NCBI GenBank assembly: GCA_020060565.1
Contig: JAGVAE010000002.1
Coordinates: forward strand, 371,270 to 435,269
Origin: Candidatus Woesebacteria bacterium
GTDB taxonomy: Bacteria > Patescibacteriota > Microgenomatia > UBA8517
Length of the DNA: 64,000 bases
Reading direction: 5' to 3'
Each line of letters begins with the position of its first letter. The stretch's first letter is position 1. Below are positions 1-9,984 of the stretch, piece by piece. Position numbers and translations under genes: made by a program. Below the pieces are notes generated by a model. That model saw nothing but the letters and a program-made list of their open reading frames with translations, did not search any database and was not told the DNA's origin.

Positions 1-27
1 TAAAATGGAAGCTGACATTAAAATAAA

Positions 28-360
28 ATGATCATTGGACTTCAAATAATTGCCCTTCTTTTTGCTTTTACTATGGTTTATTTTGCTGTATTGAATTACA
101 AAAGGGGAGAGTTAAGTAGTGCCGAGGTTGCGTCTTGGGTGATTATGTGGATAGCTACAATTATCATAGTAGTCTTTCCAGAGCTTCTTCAAGACTTTGC
201 AAAGACATTTTCAGTTGCCAGAGTATTTGATCTTATGGTTATTGGGGGATTTGTAGTAGTTATAACACTTGTTGGAAGTGCCTACATTCGAACTAAAAGG
301 CTTGAAAAGAAGTTAGAGGATTTGGTGAGGCGTGATGCACTTAAGAATAAACATAAATGA
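28..360 (+). CDS. DUF2304-like small membrane protein (GT2-associated)
   Basis: 110 aa, three hydrophobic segments, C-terminal KRLEKKLEDLVRRDAL coiled tail typical of DUF2304; stop overlaps next start. Confidence 0.75.
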   Translation: MIIGLQIIALLFAFTMVYFAVLNYKRGELSSAEVASWVIMWIATIIIVVFPELLQDFAKTFSVARVFDLMVIGGFVVVITLVGSAYIRTKRLEKKLEDLVRRDALKNKHK

Positions 361-1124
361 AGCCCAAAATATCAATTGTTGTTCCTTCATACAACAAAGT
401 TAAATTTATTGAGCTAACTTTAAAATCTATCTTTTCTCAAAATTATAAAAATCTTGAGGTTATTATTCAGGATGGTGGTTCAACTGATGGATCCGTTCAA
501 ATAATTAAAAAATACGCAAAAAAATATCCAATCATTTGGGTATCAAAGAAAGATAAAGGACAGACAGATGCAGTGAATACTGGTTTAAAAAAAGCTACTG
601 GGCAAATACTGACTTTTATTAATGCTGATGATTGCTATAAACACAATACGCTTTCATTGGTGGCAAATACATATATTAAATATCCCAAAGCTCTTTGGTT
701 TGTTGGACAAAGTATGGTAATTGATGAGAATGGAAAAGAGAAAGCAAAACTAGTTACACGATACAAGAATTTACTCTTGTTTCTAAATTCTAAATTCTAT
801 CTTCTAATTACTAATTATCTAATGCAGCCATCAGTTTTCTTTACAAAAGAAGCATACAAAAAATATGGACCATTTATTGGAACCAGTGATTTTATTTGCG
901 AATATGACTTTTGGCTTAAACTTGCGCATGTTTCAATGCCTATGGTTTTAAATAAGTGTATTTCAAAATTTAGAATTGAACCCAATACAAAAACAAAAAG
1001 AATGTTCAAGAGTCTTTTATTTGAAGATGTAAAAATAGTTAAAAAATATACTAACAGTCCTTTGATTTTATTTCTTCACGAACTTCACAATTTAGGAAGA
1101 GTTCTGATTGCTAAATTTGTATGA
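357..1124 (+). CDS. Glycosyltransferase family 2
   Basis: ISIVVPSYN, QDGGSTDGS, GQTDAVNTG, FINADD motifs. Confidence 0.92.
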   Translation: MKPKISIVVPSYNKVKFIELTLKSIFSQNYKNLEVIIQDGGSTDGSVQIIKKYAKKYPIIWVSKKDKGQTDAVNTGLKKATGQILTFINADDCYKHNTLSLVANTYIKYPKALWFVGQSMVIDENGKEKAKLVTRYKNLLLFLNSKFYLLITNYLMQPSVFFTKEAYKKYGPFIGTSDFICEYDFWLKLAHVSMPMVLNKCISKFRIEPNTKTKRMFKSLLFEDVKIVKKYTNSPLILFLHELHNLGRVLIAKFV

Positions 1125-2563
1125 TCAAATTTTTAGGTAAATATAAATACATACTTTTAACTTTTTTAATAGCATTTATTCTTTTTTATCCTTCACTTTT
1201 TACGTTTTTTACAAATGATGACTTTTTCTTTTTAAATATTGCAAAAGCAAATAGTCTTGGTGAATTTTTTAATTTTTTCTCTCTATCAAAAGGTCCTGAG
1301 GGATTTGGAATGTATAGACCATTAACAACTCAGGTATTTTATTTTTTATCGCGTAGTTTATTTAATCTATCTCCTCTCCCACTTCATATAATTTCTTTAA
1401 TATTTTTCTTTGGAGTAATTTACTTGGTATATAGATTAGTAGTTGAATTGGTAAAGAACGAGAAAGTAGCCATCCTTTCGGCATTTTTATATGCGGTTTC
1501 TGCTACCCATTTTGGTCAACTATATTACCTGGCGGCTTTTCAAGAATTGGGGATGACACTATTTGTCATCCTAAGTTGTTTAATGTTTATAAAAAGGAAG
1601 AATTTACTTAGTTTTATTTTCTTTGTCCTGGCTCTTATGTCAAAGGAAACTGCGGTGGTTACACCAATTCTTTTGGCTTTAATCTACTTTTTCCAGAAAT
1701 TTAATGGAGAAAAAATTATTAGTTTTAAAAGGTTTATTGTTCTTTTGTCTCCATACCTCATACTGCTTGCTACATATTTTGTTTTCCGTTTCGCGAGTTA
1801 CGGTTTTGCAACTGGAGATAGTTATATTTGGGACTTCTCCTTAAGAAAACTTATTAATACTTCATTTTGGTATCTTCTCTGGTCATTTAACATTCCGGAA
1901 TCCTTGGTTGATTTTATTGGATCAGGGTTAACAATTAACCCTAATCTGTTTGTCTTTTGGGGAGATCAGATCAAGCCAATACTTATATTATTTATTGTTC
2001 AAGCCTTAATACTTATATATGTTTTGTTTAGATCAATTGTAAAAAATGATGGGAAGAATAAAAATGCCAATAGTTTTGTTTCGGCACTTTGTATTGCTTG
2101 GTTTTTTGTTAGTTTACTGCCAGTAATATTTTTGCCACTCCATAAATTTACTTTTTATTTAACTCTTCCTTTGATTGCAGTAACATTTAGAATCGCATAT
2201 TTATTAATAACTACAAAAGTGAATAGGATTGTTATTGGAATATTTTTATTGGTTTGGACGATAACTTCAGTTTTAACGTTAAAATTTACATATGTAACTA
2301 ATTGGATAAGTCAAAGCCAAATAATTTCGCAAAGAGTGTTTGAATTTTTTAATTCTGAGGGATCAAAATTAGAAGGAAAAACCATAGCTTTTGTCGATAC
2401 AGAAGATGATTCTAATGTTTTTTGGTCTCCAACAAGTACCATAAGAACGGTTCTTTCCGACAAAAACTTTTTCGATGTTTTCTTTCCAAATTTAGCTGAT
2501 AAAATTGACTATAATGGACAGGGTGAAATCAAAATCAAATCGAGGCAGTTTTTGGGATATTAA
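1121..2563 (+). CDS. GT-C fold (ArnT/PMT-like) membrane glycosyltransferase
   Basis: Polytopic; NDDF acidic motif after TM1; YRPL and SKE motifs. Confidence 0.75.
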   Translation: MIKFLGKYKYILLTFLIAFILFYPSLFTFFTNDDFFFLNIAKANSLGEFFNFFSLSKGPEGFGMYRPLTTQVFYFLSRSLFNLSPLPLHIISLIFFFGVIYLVYRLVVELVKNEKVAILSAFLYAVSATHFGQLYYLAAFQELGMTLFVILSCLMFIKRKNLLSFIFFVLALMSKETAVVTPILLALIYFFQKFNGEKIISFKRFIVLLSPYLILLATYFVFRFASYGFATGDSYIWDFSLRKLINTSFWYLLWSFNIPESLVDFIGSGLTINPNLFVFWGDQIKPILILFIVQALILIYVLFRSIVKNDGKNKNANSFVSALCIAWFFVSLLPVIFLPLHKFTFYLTLPLIAVTFRIAYLLITTKVNRIVIGIFLLVWTITSVLTLKFTYVTNWISQSQIISQRVFEFFNSEGSKLEGKTIAFVDTEDDSNVFWSPTSTIRTVLSDKNFFDVFFPNLADKIDYNGQGEIKIKSRQFLGY

Positions 2564-3131
2564 GAGTAATCTTGCAAGTACCATAGAGACTCCATGGAAA
2601 GCTGTTAGTGAACTTTTGATGTATGCAGTTAAACCCCTTGCATGGATATATTTAAAAATGTTCTGTGGAGTCAAAATTGGAAAAGGTTATAAATTTTATG
2701 GTCTACCTCGAGTTTTTAGATATAGAAAAAGTAGAATTGTAATTGGGGAGTGTTTTGAAAATATGAATAGATGGGACAGTAATCCAATAGGTATTAATCA
2801 CCCTACAATCATTTGTACATGGAGTAGTAATGCAATTATTAAAATTGGCAATGATGTTGGGATAAGTGGTGGATCAATGGTTGCGGCAAAAAATATTGAA
2901 ATAGGAGATGAAACTTTGATTGGAGCCAATACAATTATCATTGATACCGATTTCCACCCCTTAGAATCGCTTAAGAGGCGTTATGAAACCAATAATGTAA
3001 GGTCTAAGGGAATTGTAATTGGTAAAAATGTATTCATTGGAGCAAGTTGCATTATACTCAAAGGATCAAAAATTCCAGATAATGCTATAGTACCTGCAGG
3101 CAGTGTTGTTAGATCAAATACTAAATTTTAA
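2514..3131 (+). CDS. Hexapeptide-repeat (LbH) sugar O-acyltransferase
   Basis: IGNDVGISG, IGANTIIIDTDFHP, IVIGKNVFIGASCIILKG; start uncertain (first ATG at 2514 overlaps upstream CDS). Confidence 0.85.
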   Translation: MDRVKSKSNRGSFWDIKSNLASTIETPWKAVSELLMYAVKPLAWIYLKMFCGVKIGKGYKFYGLPRVFRYRKSRIVIGECFENMNRWDSNPIGINHPTIICTWSSNAIIKIGNDVGISGGSMVAAKNIEIGDETLIGANTIIIDTDFHPLESLKRRYETNNVRSKGIVIGKNVFIGASCIILKGSKIPDNAIVPAGSVVRSNTKF

Positions 3132-3134
3132 ACA

Positions 3135-3797
3135 ATGAAATCTTCATCCGTTCAGAAGCATTTTGATAGAGTTGCCAAGGACTACGATTCAGGGAAACAA
3201 AAATATTCTTTTTATTATGAAAATTTAAAAAAATTATTAGGTTCTCTTATACCAAAGAATTCAAAAGTCTGCGAAATTGGATGTGGAACAGGGGATTTAC
3301 TCTCAAGCCTTAAGCCAAAATTTGGGTATGGAATGGATGTAAGTAGTGAAATGATTAAAAGAGCCAAAAATAAACACAAATTAGAGAAAAATTTAAAGTT
3401 TTCTACCTCTTGGCCAATCAATAAGTTTGACTACATTTTCATGAGCGATGTTATTGAGCACTTAGATAATCCGCAAGAAACTTTTCAAAAAATTGCAAGA
3501 CTAATGGATAAAAATTCTGTTTTAGTAAATACAATGGCAAATCCTGCTTGGGAACCAATACTTATGTTTTGGGAAAAGATGGGGTGGAAAATGAAGGAGG
3601 GACCACATGACAGAATTAATATTAAAAAATTAAAGGTTATTATGAAGAAATCTGGACTTAAAATTATTAAACATGATTATAAATTACTAATTCCTTTGTA
3701 TATTCCATTTGTTACAGAATTTATAAATAAGTATTTTGAAAAGATGTTTAAAAAATTTGCGTTCGTAGAATATTTTGTTGCAAAATATGAAAAATAG
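3135..3797 (+). CDS. Class I SAM-dependent methyltransferase
   Basis: EIGCGTG motif I, MDVS, FDYIFMSDVIEHL. Confidence 0.9.
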   Translation: MKSSSVQKHFDRVAKDYDSGKQKYSFYYENLKKLLGSLIPKNSKVCEIGCGTGDLLSSLKPKFGYGMDVSSEMIKRAKNKHKLEKNLKFSTSWPINKFDYIFMSDVIEHLDNPQETFQKIARLMDKNSVLVNTMANPAWEPILMFWEKMGWKMKEGPHDRINIKKLKVIMKKSGLKIIKHDYKLLIPLYIPFVTEFINKYFEKMFKKFAFVEYFVAKYEK

Positions 3798-5055
3798 TAA
3801 ATTCATATTAATCCTTGCTCTAATAACTTTTGTTGTTTGCGGTTTTCCACTACTCATATATGGAATTAAAAACACTTTCTTTTTAAGTATTGATCCAGAT
3901 ATTGTTTATATAACCAACGCACTTCTTTATACAAAATATGCAATTATTTCTTATGTGGACCATCCAGGAACTCCATCTATTATGCTTTTGTATTATTTGT
4001 TCTTTCCATTAAGAATATATGCAAAATATTTTTTACATACAGGGTTTATTGAGTGGTCGTTTGATAATTTTGGACTTCTTACATATTTATGTCGTTTTTT
4101 TGAATTATTAGTTTTTTGCTCTTCACTATTTATTTTTTTAAAATCGATTTCAACATTTATTAAATCAAATCTACTAATTATTTTTGCCTGGGTTTCAATA
4201 TTTGTTCTTTTGGGATTTGATTGGGGAGTCAGGGTGGTACCTGAAAATTTTTCATTCTTCTTAACAGCTATTTGGCTATTAATTTTTACAAAATTTATCA
4301 AATCAAGAAGTTATATCCTGAATATTATTTTGGTTATTCTTTCTGGTTTTGCAGTTGCCAATAAACTTACTGGAATCTTTTTAGCAGTTTGTTCTGTAAC
4401 TTTACCTTTATTTGGGAAAAAACTTAAGCTAGATCAGAAGTTTTTTAAACTTGAAACTAATATTGTATTATTTCTTGGATCCTTTTACCTTGGAATTTTG
4501 CCCGCTGTTAGACATTTAACTTATATTAAAAGTTGGATAAGATCACTTTTTGAACATGCTGGGACACATGCAACTGGAGTAGCAGCTGTTTTTGATTGGC
4601 CAAGTTATTCTGGTTCTGTAATATCATTGTTAACCAGCCATCCCTTTGTATTTATTTATATAGGCTTAAGTATTGTTCTGGTTATTTGGCTCTTGGTGAA
4701 AAAGAAAATACGTTTTACTGATCCAATTTTGTATGTTTTTTTAATAACATTTTTGGGAATACTCATTTTCGCAAAGTATCCCATTATTCACTATTTTTTT
4801 GTTAACAGTATATTGATAGTTTTTTGTACAACATATTTTCTGACAAAAATAAATTTTAAATTTTTGAAGTACATTATTGGGATACTAATTATTATGGCTG
4901 TTATGAATTTGATAAGTTTTACAAATATTACCTCAAACCAATTAGGAAAATATTCAAATGTATCAATTTATCCAACAATTAAATCTTGGACTCCTTTTTG
5001 GGCGTCTGACATCTTTAAAGAACAGTTTGAGGCATCGGATTCTACTAACTTCTAA
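3787..5055 (+). CDS. Putative GT-C fold membrane glycosyltransferase
   Basis: About 11 TM segments, IDPD loop motif, DHPG, ANK; ATG at 3787 preferred over TTG at 3775. Confidence 0.6.
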   Translation: MKNSKFILILALITFVVCGFPLLIYGIKNTFFLSIDPDIVYITNALLYTKYAIISYVDHPGTPSIMLLYYLFFPLRIYAKYFLHTGFIEWSFDNFGLLTYLCRFFELLVFCSSLFIFLKSISTFIKSNLLIIFAWVSIFVLLGFDWGVRVVPENFSFFLTAIWLLIFTKFIKSRSYILNIILVILSGFAVANKLTGIFLAVCSVTLPLFGKKLKLDQKFFKLETNIVLFLGSFYLGILPAVRHLTYIKSWIRSLFEHAGTHATGVAAVFDWPSYSGSVISLLTSHPFVFIYIGLSIVLVIWLLVKKKIRFTDPILYVFLITFLGILIFAKYPIIHYFFVNSILIVFCTTYFLTKINFKFLKYIIGILIIMAVMNLISFTNITSNQLGKYSNVSIYPTIKSWTPFWASDIFKEQFEASDSTNF

Positions 5056-6148
5056 ATTCTTTGTATGCCAAGAGGGTCATTTTAAGAAGCATTAGTCCAT
5101 GTCTAAATCTGTTAATATTTGTTGTTCCATAAACTCTTTCTCTGTATCTAATTGGAATCTCAACTACTTTAAGATTATTTTTTATTGCTCCAAATATTAA
5201 AGCAAAATCTCCAAATGGATCCATTTTAAAATATCTTTTATTATGTTTTCTGATGTATACATAATCTTTTCTAAAAAGTGCTTTTGTTCCACATAGTGTA
5301 TCTTTAAAATTTTGTCCTAAAATTTTGGTGAATATAAAACCAAACAATTTATTACCAATCTGGTTTAAAAATCTCATTGAATCATTCTCCATTGGATAAA
5401 CCATTCGGCTTCCGTTAGCAAATTCACCAAGGCTTGTTGCCAGGACTTTATAAAACTTTGGTAAATCGGTAGGGGACACAGTTCGGTCTGCATCGTAAAT
5501 CATGAGTATCTCACCCTTTGCTTTCTCAAATCCAAGCCATACTGCGTCAGCCTTTCCTTTACCGCTTTGTTTAAAAGCTTTAAGGGTTAAATAAGCTTTG
5601 TGTTTTTTGGAAAGTTCTATTTGAATTTTGTCCCAAGTTTTGTCTTTAGAATTTCCTTCAACAAATACAATTTCTTGCCATTTACCAAACTTGGGGATAC
5701 TTAAAGCAATTTTAGGAATGTTCCCTTCCTCGTTTCTAGCAGGAACAATTATCGATACACTATACTCTTTTTTTAGTTTCACACCTTCAGGCCTTTTTCT
5801 AGCAGTGGTAAGCATGATTAGACCCATAAGACGGGTTTGTGTAGATATTACTTCAAAACCACTGATATTTAAGATGTTTTCAATGTCGTTTTCATCTAAC
5901 CAATTTTGGATACCTACTTTTTTTCTTAGTCCTAATATAGAAGCTAAAGAAAGAATGGGTTCCCAGAGATGACTGTGGTAGGTAATGAGAATTCTAGTTT
6001 CTGGCGATATTTTCTTTGATATTTTTTCAAAATAACCAACCAAATCTGGAGTATCACTTACAACATTGCTCAGTACCACGCCCGAGAACTTTTTATAGAC
6101 CCTTTTGAGATCGCTGTAGTAAATCTTCTGAAATATGTTTAATGCCAT
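5045..6148 (-). CDS. GT2 (polyprenyl-phosphate sugar synthase-like) with vestigial N-terminal methyltransferase-like region
   Basis: SIIVPARNEEGNI, GKGKADAV, IYDAD, DTLCGTKA, EIPIRYRERVYG. Confidence 0.88.
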   Translation of the reverse strand: MALNIFQKIYYSDLKRVYKKFSGVVLSNVVSDTPDLVGYFEKISKKISPETRILITYHSHLWEPILSLASILGLRKKVGIQNWLDENDIENILNISGFEVISTQTRLMGLIMLTTARKRPEGVKLKKEYSVSIIVPARNEEGNIPKIALSIPKFGKWQEIVFVEGNSKDKTWDKIQIELSKKHKAYLTLKAFKQSGKGKADAVWLGFEKAKGEILMIYDADRTVSPTDLPKFYKVLATSLGEFANGSRMVYPMENDSMRFLNQIGNKLFGFIFTKILGQNFKDTLCGTKALFRKDYVYIRKHNKRYFKMDPFGDFALIFGAIKNNLKVVEIPIRYRERVYGTTNINRFRHGLMLLKMTLLAYKEFRS

Positions 6149-6162
6149 GTTCTTTCACGGCT

Positions 6163-6171
6163 ATTATAGCA
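6163..6171 (-). promoter_or_regulatory. Extended -10 promoter element TGCTATAAT for 5045..6148
   Basis: Perfect TGnTATAAT on the minus strand, 14 nt upstream of the ATG, in a 28-nt intergenic gap. Confidence 0.6.
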
Positions 6172-6176
6172 GGCTT

Positions 6177-8429
6177 TTAAATTGGTTGGAGATGGTAGAA
6201 AATTACAGGGTATCCTTTATAATCTAAACTCTCAGTGCCCATAATATTATAGATTTTACCCTCATTGATATGAACTGTTTTTTCATTTGACATCCAAGGT
6301 ACGAAAACATATGTATATTTTGTGCAGTTACTGTTTTTTGTCTTGTTCAAGTTCTCTATATATCCAACGCTTTTAAGATGTGTAAAGTAATAACTAGTGG
6401 CCAGGTCATTAATAATACATGACCCATTAGGAACTTTGTCGTTAATCATATCTGTATAGCCGTCAAGGAAAGTAAACTGTGAATTGTAAATTTGCGCATC
6501 ATTAAAGGCAAAAATTGGAGAACTTTTATGTTTTCCAATATAGTTTGTTCCGAAAAGAATTTGTGCGGAAGGATCGATAGCATTAAATACTTGGATAGTT
6601 ATCAATATTAAAAGGGTCAGTAGAACCGTAAGTCTTGCAAAAAAGTGTCGGTTGAAAAGTATATGGGTTGATATATAAAACAATATAGTTAAAAAGAAAA
6701 CAGAGGGAACTACATAACGAGAAAAATTCATAACAACCATAACCAAATTCAATGCAATGAAAGCAAAGAAGACGATCACTAATGTAATGATCATGTCTAA
6801 TTTTACTTTGGTTATATGTTTTAAAGGTTTTAATAGAAAAACAAATATTTTTAGAATAGTTATTAAGATACCTAAAGACATTAACCATGAAAAGTTCATG
6901 ATGAACATTTGAAAGATTCTAGTTTTAATATTCAGAGGGTTGAGTCCAAAACAAAATGTGCAACTATCACTCCAGATAAAATTAAATTTTACATAGTCAT
7001 TATCATTCCATAAACGGCCGCGTGTATAGATGAGGTAAAGACCGAATATAATAACAGGTAGGAAAACAACAACTTTTTGTGAGATTGTTTTCCCCCAACC
7101 AAGTAAAGTTCTTTTGTTAATTATTCTAACAATAAAATATGCAGAGATTAACGCCAGGTATATATAAATACCTGTTTCCTTTGTAAAAACAAGCATTAAG
7201 GACCAAAAGAAAAAAAGAATACTTCGTTTATATATAAACGATTCAAATACAAGAACAGTAAATATAAGTATGGGGAAATCCAGATTAAAAAATATCGAAG
7301 AACCATAAAAAAGTGGGTTAAATGCAAAAATGAGTGTAATTATAATGTTTTCAATCTTTCTATCCGGGAAGAAAAATTTTGCAATATTGTAAAAACCCCA
7401 TATTGCACTTACAGCAAACAGCATATTTAAAATATTTAATGCAACAATATTCCCAAAGCCAAACCCCTGACTCAGAGACATAACGCCCATATAGCCCATA
7501 GATGGATGTCCCAAAAAGTTAAAGTTAGTCAGAAATGCTGCAATTTTACTACCAATATCCGAAGGTGCTTGTGAAGTTTTGCTGATTGCATCAAGTAATA
7601 GTTGTTTATACCAGTTGGCATCCCAGTATTGAGAATATTTTAAAAATTGAATCCTGGTGGCAATATAAATTGTTGAGATTGATAAAATTTCAGGGTTTGA
7701 TTTAATAAATTTTTTGGTTAGATCAAAAAAATCAATTTTCATATTTATTTTTTCAGGAAACCAAAAACTGGCCAGTATTAATGACGTCTTCAGAAGTAGG
7801 TATGTCAAAAAAGGGGAAGCAAAGGCGATTATAAGATTCACATAATCCGAAAGTTCAAAATATGACAGATAGTTTAATGCTTTTTTTGCTAAAAAGTGCG
7901 GTATAAGTGATTTGTTTTTAGATAAATAGCCTTTTGTATAAATATATTTTACTTGAAAGAAGTTTGACTTATTGCTTATAGATATAGAGTCATTAATATT
8001 TCCTTTTTGGGATTCTATTTCAATTTGATAAATATGACCCTTTGAGTCGGATATTGGGTCAAATCCAAATGGGTAAAACTGACCGATATCAAATTTTGAG
8101 GAATCGTGGCTACCTTCGTAGTACCAAGTATTATTACCCTTTTCTCTTATTCTAAACTTAATTACATCACTGTTGATTTTTTTATGGTTATTAAAAAGAA
8201 AGCTGATAGTGCCTAAATTATTATCCTCTGCCATAAATTCAAATTTTGCAGTTTCTTTTGAGAGAAGTCTTTCAAAATTGGAATCTTCTAAAAATCTGAC
8301 ATTTTGAGCCAGATTGTTTATTTGGGAATTATAAAAAAAATTTTCTTTATCAATAAAAATCCTTACCTTGCTAATAAAAATCAATATCGAAATGGTCAGA
8401 AGCATTAGAATTGTTAGCCACTTTTTCAT
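6177..8429 (-). CDS. GT-C fold membrane glycosyltransferase with N-terminal extracytoplasmic domain
   Basis: N-terminal TM, about 170 aa soluble beta-rich domain, then polytopic region with YWDANWY, GHPS, FNPLF, TKE motifs. Confidence 0.7.
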   Translation of the reverse strand: MKKWLTILMLLTISILIFISKVRIFIDKENFFYNSQINNLAQNVRFLEDSNFERLLSKETAKFEFMAEDNNLGTISFLFNNHKKINSDVIKFRIREKGNNTWYYEGSHDSSKFDIGQFYPFGFDPISDSKGHIYQIEIESQKGNINDSISISNKSNFFQVKYIYTKGYLSKNKSLIPHFLAKKALNYLSYFELSDYVNLIIAFASPFLTYLLLKTSLILASFWFPEKINMKIDFFDLTKKFIKSNPEILSISTIYIATRIQFLKYSQYWDANWYKQLLLDAISKTSQAPSDIGSKIAAFLTNFNFLGHPSMGYMGVMSLSQGFGFGNIVALNILNMLFAVSAIWGFYNIAKFFFPDRKIENIIITLIFAFNPLFYGSSIFFNLDFPILIFTVLVFESFIYKRSILFFFWSLMLVFTKETGIYIYLALISAYFIVRIINKRTLLGWGKTISQKVVVFLPVIIFGLYLIYTRGRLWNDNDYVKFNFIWSDSCTFCFGLNPLNIKTRIFQMFIMNFSWLMSLGILITILKIFVFLLKPLKHITKVKLDMIITLVIVFFAFIALNLVMVVMNFSRYVVPSVFFLTILFYISTHILFNRHFFARLTVLLTLLILITIQVFNAIDPSAQILFGTNYIGKHKSSPIFAFNDAQIYNSQFTFLDGYTDMINDKVPNGSCIINDLATSYYFTHLKSVGYIENLNKTKNSNCTKYTYVFVPWMSNEKTVHINEGKIYNIMGTESLDYKGYPVIFYHLQPI

Positions 8430-8476
8430 GTAGAAATTACAACAATAATAACAGAAATGATGGTAAAATGACCATT

Positions 8477-9232
8477 ATGATTAGAATGAGCAGTGAACTA
8501 CTGGATAAGTTTAACGATATTGAAAAAAAACATTGGTGGTGGGAAGGAAGGCGTGAGCTTCTTAGATATTTTTTTAAGAGAAGAAAACCAAAATATATAT
8601 TAGATATAGGTTGTGGGACAGGAGAAACCCTTTCTTTTTTAAGAGGGTATTATCCTAAAACTAAACTTTATGGAGTGGATACTTCATCACGAGCGATATC
8701 TTATTCAAAGGTAAGGGGGCATAAAAATATCAAGAATGCATCGGCAACTAATCTTCCATTTAAAAATAATTTTTTTGACACAGTTTTGTTTTTGGATGTT
8801 TTGGAACATATAAAGGATGATAATAAGGCGATAGGGGAAGCAAGACGAGTGTTAAAAAAAGGGGGAATTATTATTATTACAGCACCTGCCCTAAGTTTTA
8901 TTTGGTCGGAACACGACATAAAACAAGGACATAAAAAGAGATATACGAGACGCGAAATTAGGAAATTAGCTATTGATAACCAACTCGAAATGTCTTTTAT
9001 TAGTTATTTTAATTTCATCTTCAGTTTGCCGATAATCATTATCAGGCTTTTAAGCAGATTAATGGTTTTTAGATCCTTCGCTAACTATGATAAAGAAATT
9101 AATTACAATATTGCTAAAGTGACAGCTATTAATTCAATATTAAAATACCTCTTTGTTCTTGAGATAAAAGCGCTAAGATTTATAAAGTATCCTATTGGTA
9201 TATCGGTTTCTGCAGTCTTAAAGAAACAATGA
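8477..9232 (+). CDS. Class I SAM-dependent methyltransferase
   Basis: EKKHWWWEGRR, LDIGCGTG, DVLEHI, WSEHD...H..RY; start 8477 or 8486 rather than TTG 8411. Confidence 0.9.
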   Translation: MIRMSSELLDKFNDIEKKHWWWEGRRELLRYFFKRRKPKYILDIGCGTGETLSFLRGYYPKTKLYGVDTSSRAISYSKVRGHKNIKNASATNLPFKNNFFDTVLFLDVLEHIKDDNKAIGEARRVLKKGGIIIITAPALSFIWSEHDIKQGHKKRYTRREIRKLAIDNQLEMSFISYFNFIFSLPIIIIRLLSRLMVFRSFANYDKEINYNIAKVTAINSILKYLFVLEIKALRFIKYPIGISVSAVLKKQ

Positions 9233-9984
9233 ACAAATTAACAAAAGTAGAAATTAACGAAAAAGAGTATTTTAATAAAATTGCGAATAAATATGATAAA
9301 AATTATCATTATCTGGAGCCTTTTACCAAATATAAGATTAACAAAAAGGTATTAGAGTTTGCGAGGTTAATAAATGGTTATACTAAGTCGGATGGACTGC
9401 ATATGCTTGAGGTGGGTTGTGGAACTGGAGAATATACAAAACGGATCGCCAAATTCTTTCCAAAGTCAAAAATTACAGGACTTGATATATCTGAACATGT
9501 GGTTTCAGTTGCAAAAATAAAATGTAAAAGAAATAAAAATGTTTCCTTTGTTGTTAAAAGTGCGTATCACACAGGTTTTCCAAAGGAATCCTTTGATGTT
9601 ATTTTTGGCTATTATGTACTACACCACTTAAATATTCCGAAATTTAGAAAAGAAATGTTTAGAGTATTAAAATCCGGAGGATTTGCATTTTTTTATGAAC
9701 CAAATCTTATAAACCCTGCAGTTTATTTGATTAAATCCAATAAATATTTAAAAAAGAAAGCTGGAGACTCTATATATGAATGGGCAGTTAACCCCCTAAC
9801 TATAGAAAAGAATCTGACCAGTTTTAAAATGATAAAAGTGGCCACAAGTGAATACATTTTACCTTTAAAAATAATTCCTCTTAAAATTATGATTGTTGTA
9901 GACACAATAACGGATTATCTTAAACACATTCCGTTTATAAAGTATTTTGGCGGTTCGGTTTACATTTTTATGACCAAAAAATGA
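9229..9984 (+). CDS. Class I SAM-dependent methyltransferase
   Basis: LEVGCGTG, GLDIS, VLHHL, RVLKSGG. Confidence 0.9.
   Translation: MNKLTKVEINEKEYFNKIANKYDKNYHYLEPFTKYKINKKVLEFARLINGYTKSDGLHMLEVGCGTGEYTKRIAKFFPKSKITGLDISEHVVSVAKIKCKRNKNVSFVVKSAYHTGFPKESFDVIFGYYVLHHLNIPKFRKEMFRVLKSGGFAFFYEPNLINPAVYLIKSNKYLKKKAGDSIYEWAVNPLTIEKNLTSFKMIKVATSEYILPLKIIPLKIMIVVDTITDYLKHIPFIKYFGGSVYIFMTKK

Noticed and set aside
1-26. 3' end of an upstream CDS (possibly ...KWKLTLK*)
   Set aside because: Too short to assign a frame or product
5030-8470. Recombinase-invertible segment around the minus-strand cassette
   Set aside because: I found no convincing terminal inverted repeats and there is no recombinase in the window
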